A DNA stretch of 64,000 nucleotides from Spirochaetia bacterium (GCA_965140585.1 OZ223270.1:512001-576000); one strand, 5' to 3'; shown: positions 28,657 through 38,688, counted from the stretch's first letter. Numbers and translations are program-made. Notes: generated by a model not told the origin, from the letters alone.

Positions 28657-31039
28657 CTTCATCTCCCTTTGCAGGTCCATTGAGTCTGCTGAGGATTGAT
28701 TTCAACTTTTCACTTAATGCTGTGGCTATATTAGCATTAGGAAGCGAATTTGTTAAGTTATTTATGAAGCTGAATGTTTCACCAACCTTTTTCTTTGAAA
28801 GCGGAGGAGTATATTTTAAGGGGAAGGGCCCTTCTGTCTCTTCAATCGGCGTTTCGGTCTCTATCACCGCATCTGCTGTGTTCAGTTTTTTCAGAAGGCC
28901 CGGATCTCCGTGAAGTTTGGATTTAAGTGCTGCAAGTTTCAGCCTTTCTTCGCTGTATACATATTCTTTCTGTTTATCCTTAGGAAGAAAAGATGTAAGG
29001 CGATCCAGATAGCCGAATATATTTTCTTCCGGTTCCTCATCCTCTTCTTCTTCCTCGTCTTCAATAGGGACAAAATCTTCTGAATCAAAATCATCAACTT
29101 CCTCGGAAGCGTCGTCTTCGGTTTCAATCTCTTCTTCCGGTTCGGGCTCTTCCTCAGGTTCGGGATCCGGAGGCTGCTGTTTAATAATAATCGGGGATGT
29201 TTCAAGTTTTATTGTAAATGGATTTCCAAAACCGGGAAATCCTCCGGGTTCGCGCTTTATTTCCTCTTTAGTCTCTATTTCTTTTTTCTCGGGAAGTTCA
29301 TCTTCTTCTTCAGGTTCCGGGATGAACTCGTCTTCATCGGTAATTGTGAGTGTTTCAGTGTCCTCATCGAAAAGGATAACCGGATCAATTCCACCGATAT
29401 CCAGTATCGGAACATATTCATTGCCGATGTCTTTCAGTCCGTCAAACAGAAAGCTTTTTTCCTCATGTCCTATTGGATTATCGTCATAGCTGCTGAAAAG
29501 CGCTTCGAGATTCTTTTCCCACTCACGACTGTATTTTCTAGCATATTCGGAAGCCATTTCTTCATATAGCTGAAGATCAAGATTCAATTTATTTAAATCC
29601 AGGTTGTCTGTATTTTCATTTCTTAGTGTTGCCAGTTTTTCAGCGGTTTTAAGAGCTGTTTCTGTGTCTCCGGTCTCTCTTGCTGTCGCAGCCGTCTGTT
29701 CCAGGATTTCAATGTTGTCAGGATCCTGTTCAAGGATCCCCAGGAGAACAGATAGTGCTTTCTCATAATCTTCTTTTTCAAGATAAAGTCTGGATAGCAG
29801 CTTAGCCGTTTCCGCATCACCCGGTTTTTTCTGATATACTTTTTCGCATTCTTCTATCGCAGCGTCCAGTTTATTTTCGAACTTTAAAAGAAGGGCAAGC
29901 TGCATCCGGTTTTCATGCGATTCAGGATCTATCAGAAGACCTTTCCGGTATGTATTGATTGCCTTGCTTTTTTTTCCGCTGCGGTTCATCTGCCTGGCAA
30001 GAGAAAACCATGCACGGCTTTCCTCACTGTTGCGGTCAAGAACGTAGCGTATATGCTGAAAGGCTTCGTTGTATTTTCCGGTATCTATTAGAATATTTCC
30101 AAGCAGCAGACGGAGGTTCAGATTGTTTTCTTCATTTTCCAGATATGTCCGAAGAAGGTTTTCTGCCTTTTTATAATCTCTTCGTTTGAAATAAATTTCA
30201 GCAAGACTAGCCGCTGCAGGCGCATAATCAGGATGTCTGGTGATCAGATGATACAGTTTAAGCTCTGCCTCTTTTTCGTCTCCCTTTTTTAATAGAAGTT
30301 CGGCGGAGCGGCATTCAGCTTCACGGTTTTCCGGATCCAGTTCCAGGACTCTGTTGTAGACCCTGTCGGCTTCTCCCGGATTCTTGTCTCTGAGAATATC
30401 ACCGAGGGCTAAAAGGCAGTCCTCCCACCCTGGATTTGCTTTTAATGCCTGACGGTATTCAGTCTCTGCCTTTCCGGGATTTCCAGTTTTCCGGTATAGA
30501 TTTCCCAGGTTAAAATGAAGCGCCGGGTTGTTGGGATCTGCTGCAAGTCCGTCTTTAAGCAAGCTCTCAGCTTCATTTACCCGTCCTTTTTCCAGCAGCA
30601 TGATAGCAAAATTATTGTAAGACTGTGTAAAGCTGCTGTCCTTCTGAATGGATAGCCGGTAAATCTGTTCGGCTTTTTCTGTATCACCGAGGCTTCGGTG
30701 GATATTTGCAATGTTGAATATTATATCTGCTCGATCTTTTGCCAGCTGGTAGGCTTTCTGGGCAGCGTCGAGGGCGGAGCGGTATTCACGTCGTTTCTGG
30801 TGCAGGAGTGCAATATTTATCCATGGTTCAGGATTTTTTGGTTCAAGTGCTATTATCCGGTCAAAAGATTCAAATGCATTTGAATACCGGTTCTGTCTTG
30901 CATAAACATTTCCCAGCATCAGCAGACTGTTTACATCTTTGTGATCTTCTTTGACCGCTCTTCTGCATAGTTTTTCCGCCCGAATAAGATCTCCGGTCAT
31001 TACTGCATTTCTGGCCCTTGTGAGTAACTGGCTGCTCAT
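28646..31039 (-). CDS. Multi-TPR protein with acidic/proline-rich C-terminal region
   Basis: Tandem TPR-like units over roughly the first 470 aa, then E/D/P-rich low-complexity segments. Confidence 0.85.
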   Translation of the reverse strand: MSSQLLTRARNAVMTGDLIRAEKLCRRAVKEDHKDVNSLLMLGNVYARQNRYSNAFESFDRIIALEPKNPEPWINIALLHQKRREYRSALDAAQKAYQLAKDRADIIFNIANIHRSLGDTEKAEQIYRLSIQKDSSFTQSYNNFAIMLLEKGRVNEAESLLKDGLAADPNNPALHFNLGNLYRKTGNPGKAETEYRQALKANPGWEDCLLALGDILRDKNPGEADRVYNRVLELDPENREAECRSAELLLKKGDEKEAELKLYHLITRHPDYAPAAASLAEIYFKRRDYKKAENLLRTYLENEENNLNLRLLLGNILIDTGKYNEAFQHIRYVLDRNSEESRAWFSLARQMNRSGKKSKAINTYRKGLLIDPESHENRMQLALLLKFENKLDAAIEECEKVYQKKPGDAETAKLLSRLYLEKEDYEKALSVLLGILEQDPDNIEILEQTAATARETGDTETALKTAEKLATLRNENTDNLDLNKLNLDLQLYEEMASEYARKYSREWEKNLEALFSSYDDNPIGHEEKSFLFDGLKDIGNEYVPILDIGGIDPVILFDEDTETLTITDEDEFIPEPEEEDELPEKKEIETKEEIKREPGGFPGFGNPFTIKLETSPIIIKQQPPDPEPEEEPEPEEEIETEDDASEEVDDFDSEDFVPIEDEEEEEDEEPEENIFGYLDRLTSFLPKDKQKEYVYSEERLKLAALKSKLHGDPGLLKKLNTADAVIETETPIEETEGPFPLKYTPPLSKKKVGETFSFINNLTNSLPNANIATALSEKLKSILSRLNGPAKGDEDEE

Positions 31040-32538
31040 TGATTAGTCCTGAGTAAGGCGGACGGCCTGGCACTAATTTCTTTAGAAAAGCGGCTTTCCT
31101 GAGGTTTTTCAGATGAATCATAGGATGTCACGGCAAAGTAGTAAATCTGACCGTTTTTAAGTCCGGTAAGGGTAATCTCGGTTCTGTCGCCTGTGTCGAC
31201 CGGAGACGGCCCCTGGACGGATACTGAACTGAAATAGTATCCGGGCTTCTCCCCGTAGTAGACCTTATACCCGCTGATATCGGAATCGTTTACCCTGTTC
31301 CAGCTGAGTCTTACGCTTCCGTCTCTGCTTTCAGCAGTTATCTGCTCGGGCGGCAGCGGCGGAAGGTTTCTCTCATACTGAAGCCTGATTTCTGATAGGA
31401 CAGGAGAATTCTTTCCTGTCCCGTCGGGGTAAAGATTCGCCTTAATCTGCACAAAACGACCTCTTACCGAAGGAGGGAGAAGCTGGTCAGGTTTAAACTG
31501 AACCCAGGCGGGTTTTGATGATAATGGATTGAAATAATCTTCTGAAATACGGTAGTAGTAAAAAATATCCGTTTTTCCAGGCTTTCTTTCAACCGTAGAT
31601 ATTTTCAGCAGTCTGCATCCGCTGTTCTGCAGATCAAATACAGAAGTTGAAGCTGAGCCTCCGGCTGTTCCAAATATAGATATATCCGGTTCTGAAAAGG
31701 CTCTGGTCAATCTAAGTTCATCCATATAGCCGGAATAGCTCTTTCCCAGGATGATATTTGCCGGTTTTTGATTTCCTATAACTGCCGCGAACATCTCTCC
31801 GGTTTCCCGCCCCGTCGAATTTGCATATGTATTAACCTCGGGGATTCCGTCAATCAGGTATTCAATCAGCCCTGTTTCACTATCATACCGGATAAGATGA
31901 TGATGCCAGATTCCCGGGATCATAACGCCTGTAGATGTAAGTTCAATCATGGTTTCTGAGAAGTCTGCCGGCAGGAAGAAATTTTCAAATACCCAGTTCA
32001 GCCTGCGTCCCGATATAACACATAGAATGGTTTGCTGAAGTGTCATATCTCCGGATTTTATAGCTCCGCTCCACTGGAATATCTTCTCTCCCTCGGACAG
32101 CCGGATTGGATACAGCCAGAACTCAATGGAAAAATCGTTGATTTTTCCGTTTCCTGCAGCTAGCAGGGCGGCTCGTCCAGGTGAAAGCTCCACAAAGGCA
32201 TTATCACCGGGAAAGGCTCCTGCCTGTTCACCAAGTTTTTTTTCCTTGCTAGTCGTAAGAATTCCCTGATTCCTGACCAGGGTATAATTTCCGCTTCTGT
32301 CCGCTATATTGCCATTGAAATGGAGGAGCATATCTGTGTCATCAGAAACCTGGTATTCGTTATTTTTCAGCTGAATGTTTGACATTCCCTGAGCCGATTC
32401 CGAGTAGGTAATATTATCTCTTATCCTTATCTGATCCCAGCTGCCGTTCCCGACAATAATTTCCTGTGAGAGTACGGCTGATGCTGATACCAGAAAGAAT
32501 AAAAAGACTGTTATCAGTATTTTCTGTGTTTTAAACAT
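31036..32538 (-). CDS. Exported LamG-like jellyroll plus fibronectin type III domain protein
   Basis: Signal peptide; LLHFN, FSIEFWLYP, WHH, YMDELRL (LamG); LSW...GYKVYY...GLKNG.IYYFAV (FN3). Confidence 0.8.
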   Translation of the reverse strand: MFKTQKILITVFLFFLVSASAVLSQEIIVGNGSWDQIRIRDNITYSESAQGMSNIQLKNNEYQVSDDTDMLLHFNGNIADRSGNYTLVRNQGILTTSKEKKLGEQAGAFPGDNAFVELSPGRAALLAAGNGKINDFSIEFWLYPIRLSEGEKIFQWSGAIKSGDMTLQQTILCVISGRRLNWVFENFFLPADFSETMIELTSTGVMIPGIWHHHLIRYDSETGLIEYLIDGIPEVNTYANSTGRETGEMFAAVIGNQKPANIILGKSYSGYMDELRLTRAFSEPDISIFGTAGGSASTSVFDLQNSGCRLLKISTVERKPGKTDIFYYYRISEDYFNPLSSKPAWVQFKPDQLLPPSVRGRFVQIKANLYPDGTGKNSPVLSEIRLQYERNLPPLPPEQITAESRDGSVRLSWNRVNDSDISGYKVYYGEKPGYYFSSVSVQGPSPVDTGDRTEITLTGLKNGQIYYFAVTSYDSSEKPQESRFSKEISARPSALLRTNQ

Positions 32539-32599
32539 ATCTTCTCTTTAATAATCGGAAATAATTTTCTATTTCTGTATTACGTATTATTATAATTAT

Positions 32600-34390
32600 A
32601 TGGATAAGCTTAAAGCTGTAGCTGCTGAATTTCCAGGACTTCCCGGTGTTTATATCATGAAAAACAGTTCGGGGAAGGTAATCTATGTCGGAAAGGCTAT
32701 TAATCTTAAAAAAAGGGTCAGTTCTTACTTTCTGGGGAAGAAGGATCCTAAAACGAGTGTTCTTGTAAAGAAGATCTCAACAATTGAACATATAGTCACT
32801 GATTCCGAGTACGAAGCCCTGCTTCTGGAAAACATACTGATAAAAAAATACAACCCCCGATATAACATTCGCCTAAAAGACGGAAAAACCTATCCTGTAA
32901 TCAGAATTACAAATGAGGAATTTCCTCAGGTTTTTAAAACCAGGCGGATTATCCGTGACGGTTCCAAATATTTCGGCCCCTTTGCTTCGGCGGGACTGCT
33001 CAATGTTTACATGGACACAATTGAGAAGATTTTTCCGCTGAGGCGCTGCCGCGGTGCGCTGAAAAAGCGGCAGAATCCCTGTCTTTACTACCATATAGGC
33101 CGCTGCTCAGCTCCCTGTGCAGGGAAAATATCAGCCGAAGACTACGGCGGTATTATTGCCCAGGTTGAAGAGTTAATCTCCGGTGACAGTGAAGATCTGA
33201 AAAACTGGCTGAATGAGAGGATGCAGGAAGCCTCTGAAAAGCTGGAGTTTGAAAAGGCTGCCGGATTCAGGGATGCGATCATTGCTGCTGAATCGATTGA
33301 AAATGAGGCAGGCCAGAATATAATCGATTTTAACGAAATTACCCGTGATTATATTGCCTGTGATTCATGGAACGATAAATACACCTTTACTGTTCTTCAA
33401 ATGAGAGGTGGAAAACTCACCGGACGGGAGTTATTTAGAAATGATTTTCCCGGTGGAGATGAAGAAGCTTTTGAACAGTTTGTTGTACAGTTCTATTCAG
33501 ACGGGAACGAGATTCCCCGGCAGCTTTATTTTTCAAAGCTTTTTGATACTGTAAATCTGAAGAATTTCTTCATCTCGGAACTGGAACACGAAGTTGAGAT
33601 GTTTTTTCCGGAGAATGGCAGGCATTTCTCGGTTGTAAAGATGGCTGAAGAAAATGCCCGGCAGGATATTCTCAAAAGAAAGAAGGATGCTGGTGATGTC
33701 GAGGGTCTGGAAAGACTTAAGGAAACGCTGGGTCTTAAGAAGATACCAGCCAGGATTGAGGGCTTTGATATAGCCCAGCTATCGGGGAAATATCCAGTTG
33801 CTTCTCTTATATCATTTGTTAACGGCATCCCTGATAAAACAGGATACAGACATTTCAATCTGAAGACTCTTGATGGAAAAATCGATGACTTTGCCTCCGT
33901 TCGTGAGGCTGTAACAAGGCGTTATACAAGGGTTCTGAACGAAGATCAGCCCCGACCCGATCTTGTACTGATCGACGGAGGCCCCGGTCAGGTAAGTGCG
34001 GCAAGAGGTGTTTTGAACGCGCTCGGTCTGGAAGATATTCCGGTTATCGGACTTGCCAAGAAGAATGAAGAAATATATATGGATAGATTCAGTAAACCGC
34101 TGAACCTGCCTGAAGGAGATCCTGCTTTGAAAATACTTCAGTATGTCAGGGATGAAACTCACCGCTTTGCTACCGGTTTGAACAAGAAGCACAGGGAGAG
34201 GGATTCGAGGTTTTCATTGCTGGAGGATGTTTCCGGCATCGGTCCTGCCAAAAGCAGGAAGCTGATGGAAACTTACGGTTCACTCAAGGGTATTGCCGCA
34301 GCAGGAAGGGCAGATGTGGCAAGAACCGCCGGGATCTCAGAGGCTGCCGCAGAAGCTCTTTTTGAAAAAATAAATAATGAAAAAATTTGA
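32600..34390 (+). CDS. uvrC: Excinuclease ABC subunit C
   Basis: GIY-YIG (PGVY, YVGKA), UVR domain, IEGFDI, DGG.GQ, RDETHRFA and HhH motifs. Confidence 0.97.
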   Translation: MDKLKAVAAEFPGLPGVYIMKNSSGKVIYVGKAINLKKRVSSYFLGKKDPKTSVLVKKISTIEHIVTDSEYEALLLENILIKKYNPRYNIRLKDGKTYPVIRITNEEFPQVFKTRRIIRDGSKYFGPFASAGLLNVYMDTIEKIFPLRRCRGALKKRQNPCLYYHIGRCSAPCAGKISAEDYGGIIAQVEELISGDSEDLKNWLNERMQEASEKLEFEKAAGFRDAIIAAESIENEAGQNIIDFNEITRDYIACDSWNDKYTFTVLQMRGGKLTGRELFRNDFPGGDEEAFEQFVVQFYSDGNEIPRQLYFSKLFDTVNLKNFFISELEHEVEMFFPENGRHFSVVKMAEENARQDILKRKKDAGDVEGLERLKETLGLKKIPARIEGFDIAQLSGKYPVASLISFVNGIPDKTGYRHFNLKTLDGKIDDFASVREAVTRRYTRVLNEDQPRPDLVLIDGGPGQVSAARGVLNALGLEDIPVIGLAKKNEEIYMDRFSKPLNLPEGDPALKILQYVRDETHRFATGLNKKHRERDSRFSLLEDVSGIGPAKSRKLMETYGSLKGIAAAGRADVARTAGISEAAAEALFEKINNEKI

Positions 34391-34415
34391 CTTTTAGATC
34401 CAATTGGGCTAAATT
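34387..34415 (+). promoter_or_regulatory. Sigma70 promoter of an unannotated short transcript
   Basis: TTGACT 34387-34392, 17 bp spacer, TAAATT 34410-34415. Confidence 0.55.
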
Positions 34416-34421
34416 TATATT

Positions 34422-34624
34422 GTAAGAGGTAATCAAGCCGAAAGGCTCTAAAATGCAACAAGGAGGAGATAATGACTCCACCTAAATGGAATCGCCGGTA
34501 ATGAGCCGGCTTACAGCAGATGTTATAGAGAGAGGTCATAGACCTATAAAAGAGTGAGAATTCAGCAGTCGCAGAGAGACGCCTCTGAATTTTCTAAAGC
34601 CGGTAATCAGTCCGGCTTTTTTTT
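34422..34624 (+). ncRNA. Candidate structured small RNA (may encode a 9-aa peptide); family not recognised
   Basis: Promoter, six consecutive hairpins and a terminal U-tract; no long ORF. Confidence 0.5.
34596..34624 (+). terminator. Intrinsic terminator
   Basis: AAAGCCGG-N8-CCGGCTTT running into T8. Confidence 0.8.
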
Positions 34625-34735
34625 ATCCTGTCAATATTTATACCTGAAAACCAAGCCTGTACTTAAAGAACAATTCTAAAAATTCTTTGATATTTTCCTT
34701 CATTCCATATATAGTTTGAATATAAAGAGCTGAAA

Positions 34736-35764
34736 ATGAAAAAATATCTGAATATTCTTATTATTCTTTTAATTATGTCTGCTTCTGTTTTCGCGGAAGA
34801 TATCAGCGTGCTGACTGTAAATGCCTGGCCTGGTCTTGATTACAGAGGCCTGATTTTTTCCGGTGAATTTGAAACCGATGAAGTGCGGAATTTCAGGACT
34901 GAAATACTTGAGAAAGAGCTAACTGATCTCAATCCTGATATTGCAGTAATTACAGGAGCCAACCCAGCTTCTGATTTCGCGGAACTTCTGTCAGAGCCTC
35001 TCGGGATGACGGCAGGTTACCGGATCTCACGGAGCGGTTTCAGGATTGGCTCTGTCGGCCTTCCGCTTAACCTTAAAGAAGGCAGCTTAATTCTTGTAGA
35101 TAATGAATATCCCAGTGAGGATATGGATTATAAAAACCTTAATCGGGGTCTGTCATTTAAAAACTTTTCTGCTTTCTCAAAGAATATGCATCAGATTTAC
35201 TGTCGAAAGGCGGTTATCGATAATACGACCGTTTTTATATTTGCTGTAGAATGGGAAGAATCTATCTTTGCAGATCGTGAGACTCTTTCTATGCTGATGG
35301 ATGACTATCTGTCCGGAAAACTTGAAGCCGAGGCTTATGCCGAATGTATCGATGACGCAGTTAAAGGATCTGAAACAAGACTTAAGCAGGCGGAAGAAAG
35401 CCTGGCATTTATAAATAATATTGCAGGAGAAAATCCTGTAATACTTATGGGCAGTCTTAACGGACTACCAGGGAGCCCTGAAATAAGTCTGCTTAAAGAT
35501 GCCGGGTTTACCGATGCTTTTGAATCTGCCGGCCGGGGTAATGGAAATACTCTGGACAGTGATCGAAACCCGAATATTGAAAAGGCCGGGGAAGCGGCTG
35601 TACAGGGCTCATATAGAACCGACTATATTATGATAAGGGGAGCTCAGCTTAAGGCGGTTTCTGCAAAGCTTGTATTTAACGAGGCTGTGTACGGTGTATT
35701 TCCTTCGAACCGTTTTGGTGTGCAGGCAACTGTCAGATTGACAGCCGCCCCTTCTTCTCGATAA
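34736..35764 (+). CDS. Exported endonuclease/exonuclease/phosphatase-fold protein with divergent active site
   Basis: Signal peptide; VLTVNA, PVILMGSLN (usually GDxN), RTDYI, PSNRFGV (usually SDH). Confidence 0.7.
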   Translation: MKKYLNILIILLIMSASVFAEDISVLTVNAWPGLDYRGLIFSGEFETDEVRNFRTEILEKELTDLNPDIAVITGANPASDFAELLSEPLGMTAGYRISRSGFRIGSVGLPLNLKEGSLILVDNEYPSEDMDYKNLNRGLSFKNFSAFSKNMHQIYCRKAVIDNTTVFIFAVEWEESIFADRETLSMLMDDYLSGKLEAEAYAECIDDAVKGSETRLKQAEESLAFINNIAGENPVILMGSLNGLPGSPEISLLKDAGFTDAFESAGRGNGNTLDSDRNPNIEKAGEAAVQGSYRTDYIMIRGAQLKAVSAKLVFNEAVYGVFPSNRFGVQATVRLTAAPSSR

Positions 35765-36710
35765 GACAGTAGATATACATCTGAGCAGTAATTTCTTTCT
35801 GTTCCTGTCTTGCCGTTCTAAGCTTGATGTCGTATTCCGCAGTCAGTGAAATTATTCTTTCAATATCGCTTCTTTTATAGTGCTTCAGGGCTTCCGAGTA
35901 GGTTGCCTGGGCTTTTTTTCCTTTAATGCCTGATTTGAAGCAGGCGCTCTGAAAGCTTTCACCCATTTCAATTTCACGGGCCAGCCTGAGAAGATTTCTG
36001 AGCTGCCAGAGAAGGCCGCTGAGCAGCTGTACTGTATTGCTGTCGCTTCCAAGCATAATCTTCTGCAGAATATCAACAGATCCTGGAAAGTCGGTAGCTG
36101 CAATCCGGTTAAAGAGTGAGAATACATTCTCCTCTTTTCCATGGTAGAAGAAGGTTTCAATCTCATCTCTGCTAATGAATGCGCCTTCACCGAAAAATAA
36201 TGCAAGCTTTTCACACTCTCTTTTCATATCTGCGGTATTGTTTTCAATTAGGTTCAGAAGCAGTTCTACAGCATCGGTATCTATGGAAATTCTACGGTTC
36301 TTGAAGAAGCCGGACAGCCAGCCCTTTTTCTGGTTGTCAAAAAGCTCCCAGAATATCTTTGAATTTTTTTTCGGGATGTGTTTCCCCAGACCGTTTTTCA
36401 GTGATGTTTCATCGGTCAGAAAGACTATTACTGTGTCAGGCGCAGGGTTTTTAAGATAAGCTCCGAACTCATCAGCTTCTGTTTTTTTAAGAAGTTCCGC
36501 CTGCCCGATAATAAATATTCTGGCGGCGGCAAAGAGAGAGCCGTTTTTTACCTGCGAAAGAATCTCCTGGATTGATGTCTCAAAAGGATAGAAACGGTGT
36601 GTTTCTGGGGCTTCTCCGTTTTTATCGGTAAGTCCGGTCTTTATCTGACTGAGAAATATCTGTTTTTCACCTTCTTCAGGCCCGGCAAGGAGCCAGCAGT
36701 GATCAGTCAT
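35733..36710 (-). CDS. holA: DNA polymerase III delta subunit
   Basis: LLAGPEEGEK, SLFA, ECEKL and NVFSL HolA patterns; start placed at ATG 36710, overlapping the lexA stop. Confidence 0.85.
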   Translation of the reverse strand: MTDHCWLLAGPEEGEKQIFLSQIKTGLTDKNGEAPETHRFYPFETSIQEILSQVKNGSLFAAARIFIIGQAELLKKTEADEFGAYLKNPAPDTVIVFLTDETSLKNGLGKHIPKKNSKIFWELFDNQKKGWLSGFFKNRRISIDTDAVELLLNLIENNTADMKRECEKLALFFGEGAFISRDEIETFFYHGKEENVFSLFNRIAATDFPGSVDILQKIMLGSDSNTVQLLSGLLWQLRNLLRLAREIEMGESFQSACFKSGIKGKKAQATYSEALKHYKRSDIERIISLTAEYDIKLRTARQEQKEITAQMYIYCLIEKKGRLSI

Positions 36711-37311
36711 AGTCCCTGACGATGCATTTAAGTTTACCAAGAACCTTTACGTTCTGTGTGTATATTGGAGGATAAACCGGGTTTTCTGCCTTAAGCTTGA
36801 CCCTGTTTTTTTCCTTGAAGAATCTTTTCAGTGTATAGGCTTCGTCATTAACCATAGCTACGACAATATCTCCATTTTCTGCAGTTTGTCTGTGTGTGAA
36901 GATGGCAATATCACCGTCAAGGATACCAGCCTCCTGCATACTGTCTCCGCTAACGTGAAGTGCAAAGAATTTACCGCCTGAAAACCTGGCCGCCGGCATA
37001 TTCAGCATACCTTCATAGTTTTCCTCAGCAAACAGAGGCAGCCCCGCAGCGACCTTTCCAAGTATCGGAATGTTTACTGTTTCAGGCTTGTTTTCATTTT
37101 CATTGTCGATAATCTCAATTGTTCTTGAACGGTTGCCGTCACACCGGATTCGGCCCTTTTTTTCCAGAGCCTTTATGTGATCGTACGCGCCTTTTACTGA
37201 TATGTTAAATGATGCGGCCATCTCCCTGATAGTCGGCGGATAGCTGTGCTTATCGATATAGTATTTGATAAAATTGAGTGTCTCTTCCTGTCTTTTTGTC
37301 AGTCCCTTCAT
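36703..37311 (-). CDS. lexA: SOS repressor LexA
   Basis: wHTH (YPPTIRE, HIKALEKKG), VAAG cleavage site, GDSM serine and TLKR lysine. Confidence 0.95.
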   Translation of the reverse strand: MKGLTKRQEETLNFIKYYIDKHSYPPTIREMAASFNISVKGAYDHIKALEKKGRIRCDGNRSRTIEIIDNENENKPETVNIPILGKVAAGLPLFAEENYEGMLNMPAARFSGGKFFALHVSGDSMQEAGILDGDIAIFTHRQTAENGDIVVAMVNDEAYTLKRFFKEKNRVKLKAENPVYPPIYTQNVKVLGKLKCIVRDYD

Positions 37312-38684
37312 TTTAATATCTCAATTCCGAATTTCTTGATTTTACCATGCAGGTTGCTTGGATATATTCCCAGTTTCTGAGCAGTCTTAGCTACATTATA
37401 ATCATTTTCTTCAAGTTTTTGAAGTATGAACATCCTCTCAAACTCATCTCTTGCCTCGGAAAGTTTCATCATTCCGAATTTTTTCATCACAGGATCAGAT
37501 TCTTTCTTCTCTTCGGCTCCGGGATAAAGAAACTCCTTTGCAGATTTTTCAGAAATTACAGCTTCCCCTGTCATGATTGTAACACGCTCTACGAAGTTCT
37601 TCAGTTCGCGGACGTTTCCAGGCCAGGAATAATTCATAATTATTTCCATTGCTTCATCCGAAAACAAGCGTGGGGCGGTATTCTGAATTCCAGCCTGAAG
37701 CTTTACAAAATGTTCTACAAGAAGCGGAATATCTTCTTTTCGATCTTTAAGTGCCGGAACAAATATAGGCACAACATTGAGCCGGAAAAAAAGGTCTTCT
37801 CTGAAATTACCTGAAGCAATCTCTTCACGGATATCCTTGTTGGTAGCTGCTATTATCCGTACATCAACTGTAATGGTTTTTTCACTGCCGACACGTTCAA
37901 AGCGCATTTCCTGAATGGCTCGCAGAACCTTCGCCTGTGCGTTCAGCGACATATCAGCTACTTCGTCCAGAAACAGAGTCCCTCCGTCAGCCATTTCAAA
38001 TTTACCTTTACGGTTCTCAACTGCACCGGTAAACGAGCCCTTCTCGTGACCGAAAAGCTCACTTTCGATCAGGGTATCGGGAATTGCCGCGCAGTTTACC
38101 TCAATAAAGGGCTTATCATTTCTCATCGAGCCCTGATGAATTCCATGGGCGACGAGTTCTTTACCGGTTCCATTGTCACCGGTAATCAGGATCTTTGCAT
38201 CTGATTTTGCACTTTGTTCAATAGTCTTTCGTATAGCCTGGACTGCAGGACTTTCTCCGATAATTTCATTTAAATTGTCGGAGGGTGTTTTAGCCTTGAG
38301 TTTCTTGTTCTCGGTTTTAAGCGAGTTCATCGCTACCGCATTTCTGGCCAGAGTTATCAGCTTGTCTAGTGAAAGAGGCTTTTCAAGGAAATCAAAGGCT
38401 CCCAGTTTGACTGCCTTAACCGCGAGATCGATATTGGCATGACCGGATATAATTATGACCTCAATTTCAGGATAGTCTGTTTTGATTTTCTTAAGTACGT
38501 CTATACCTCCCATATTAGGGAGCCAGACATCAAGAATTACAAGATGGATAGGCTGGCTTGATAATATATTAAGGCCCTCAATACCGTCACCTGCATCATA
38601 TACAGTGTACTTTTCATCTTCAAAAATATCCCGGAGAACTGTCCTGATTCCATTTTCATCATCGATGACAAGAATATTTGCCAA
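37308..38684 (-). CDS. Sigma54-dependent response regulator (NtrX-like)
   Basis: REC domain, GTGKEL, ESELFGHEKGSFTGA, WPGNVREL and C-terminal HTH. Confidence 0.92.
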   Translation of the reverse strand: MANILVIDDENGIRTVLRDIFEDEKYTVYDAGDGIEGLNILSSQPIHLVILDVWLPNMGGIDVLKKIKTDYPEIEVIIISGHANIDLAVKAVKLGAFDFLEKPLSLDKLITLARNAVAMNSLKTENKKLKAKTPSDNLNEIIGESPAVQAIRKTIEQSAKSDAKILITGDNGTGKELVAHGIHQGSMRNDKPFIEVNCAAIPDTLIESELFGHEKGSFTGAVENRKGKFEMADGGTLFLDEVADMSLNAQAKVLRAIQEMRFERVGSEKTITVDVRIIAATNKDIREEIASGNFREDLFFRLNVVPIFVPALKDRKEDIPLLVEHFVKLQAGIQNTAPRLFSDEAMEIIMNYSWPGNVRELKNFVERVTIMTGEAVISEKSAKEFLYPGAEEKKESDPVMKKFGMMKLSEARDEFERMFILQKLEENDYNVAKTAQKLGIYPSNLHGKIKKFGIEILK

Positions 38685-38688
38685 AATT

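Noticed and set aside
29030-29345. Acidic E/D/P repeats in the TPR gene as a DNA repeat element
   Set aside because: Explained by a low-complexity protein linker; no regular nucleotide period
34422-34624. 6S RNA, SRP RNA, tmRNA, RNase P or a known riboswitch
   Set aside because: No long 5'/3' pairing or diagnostic motifs recognised by eye; kept only as an unknown sRNA candidate
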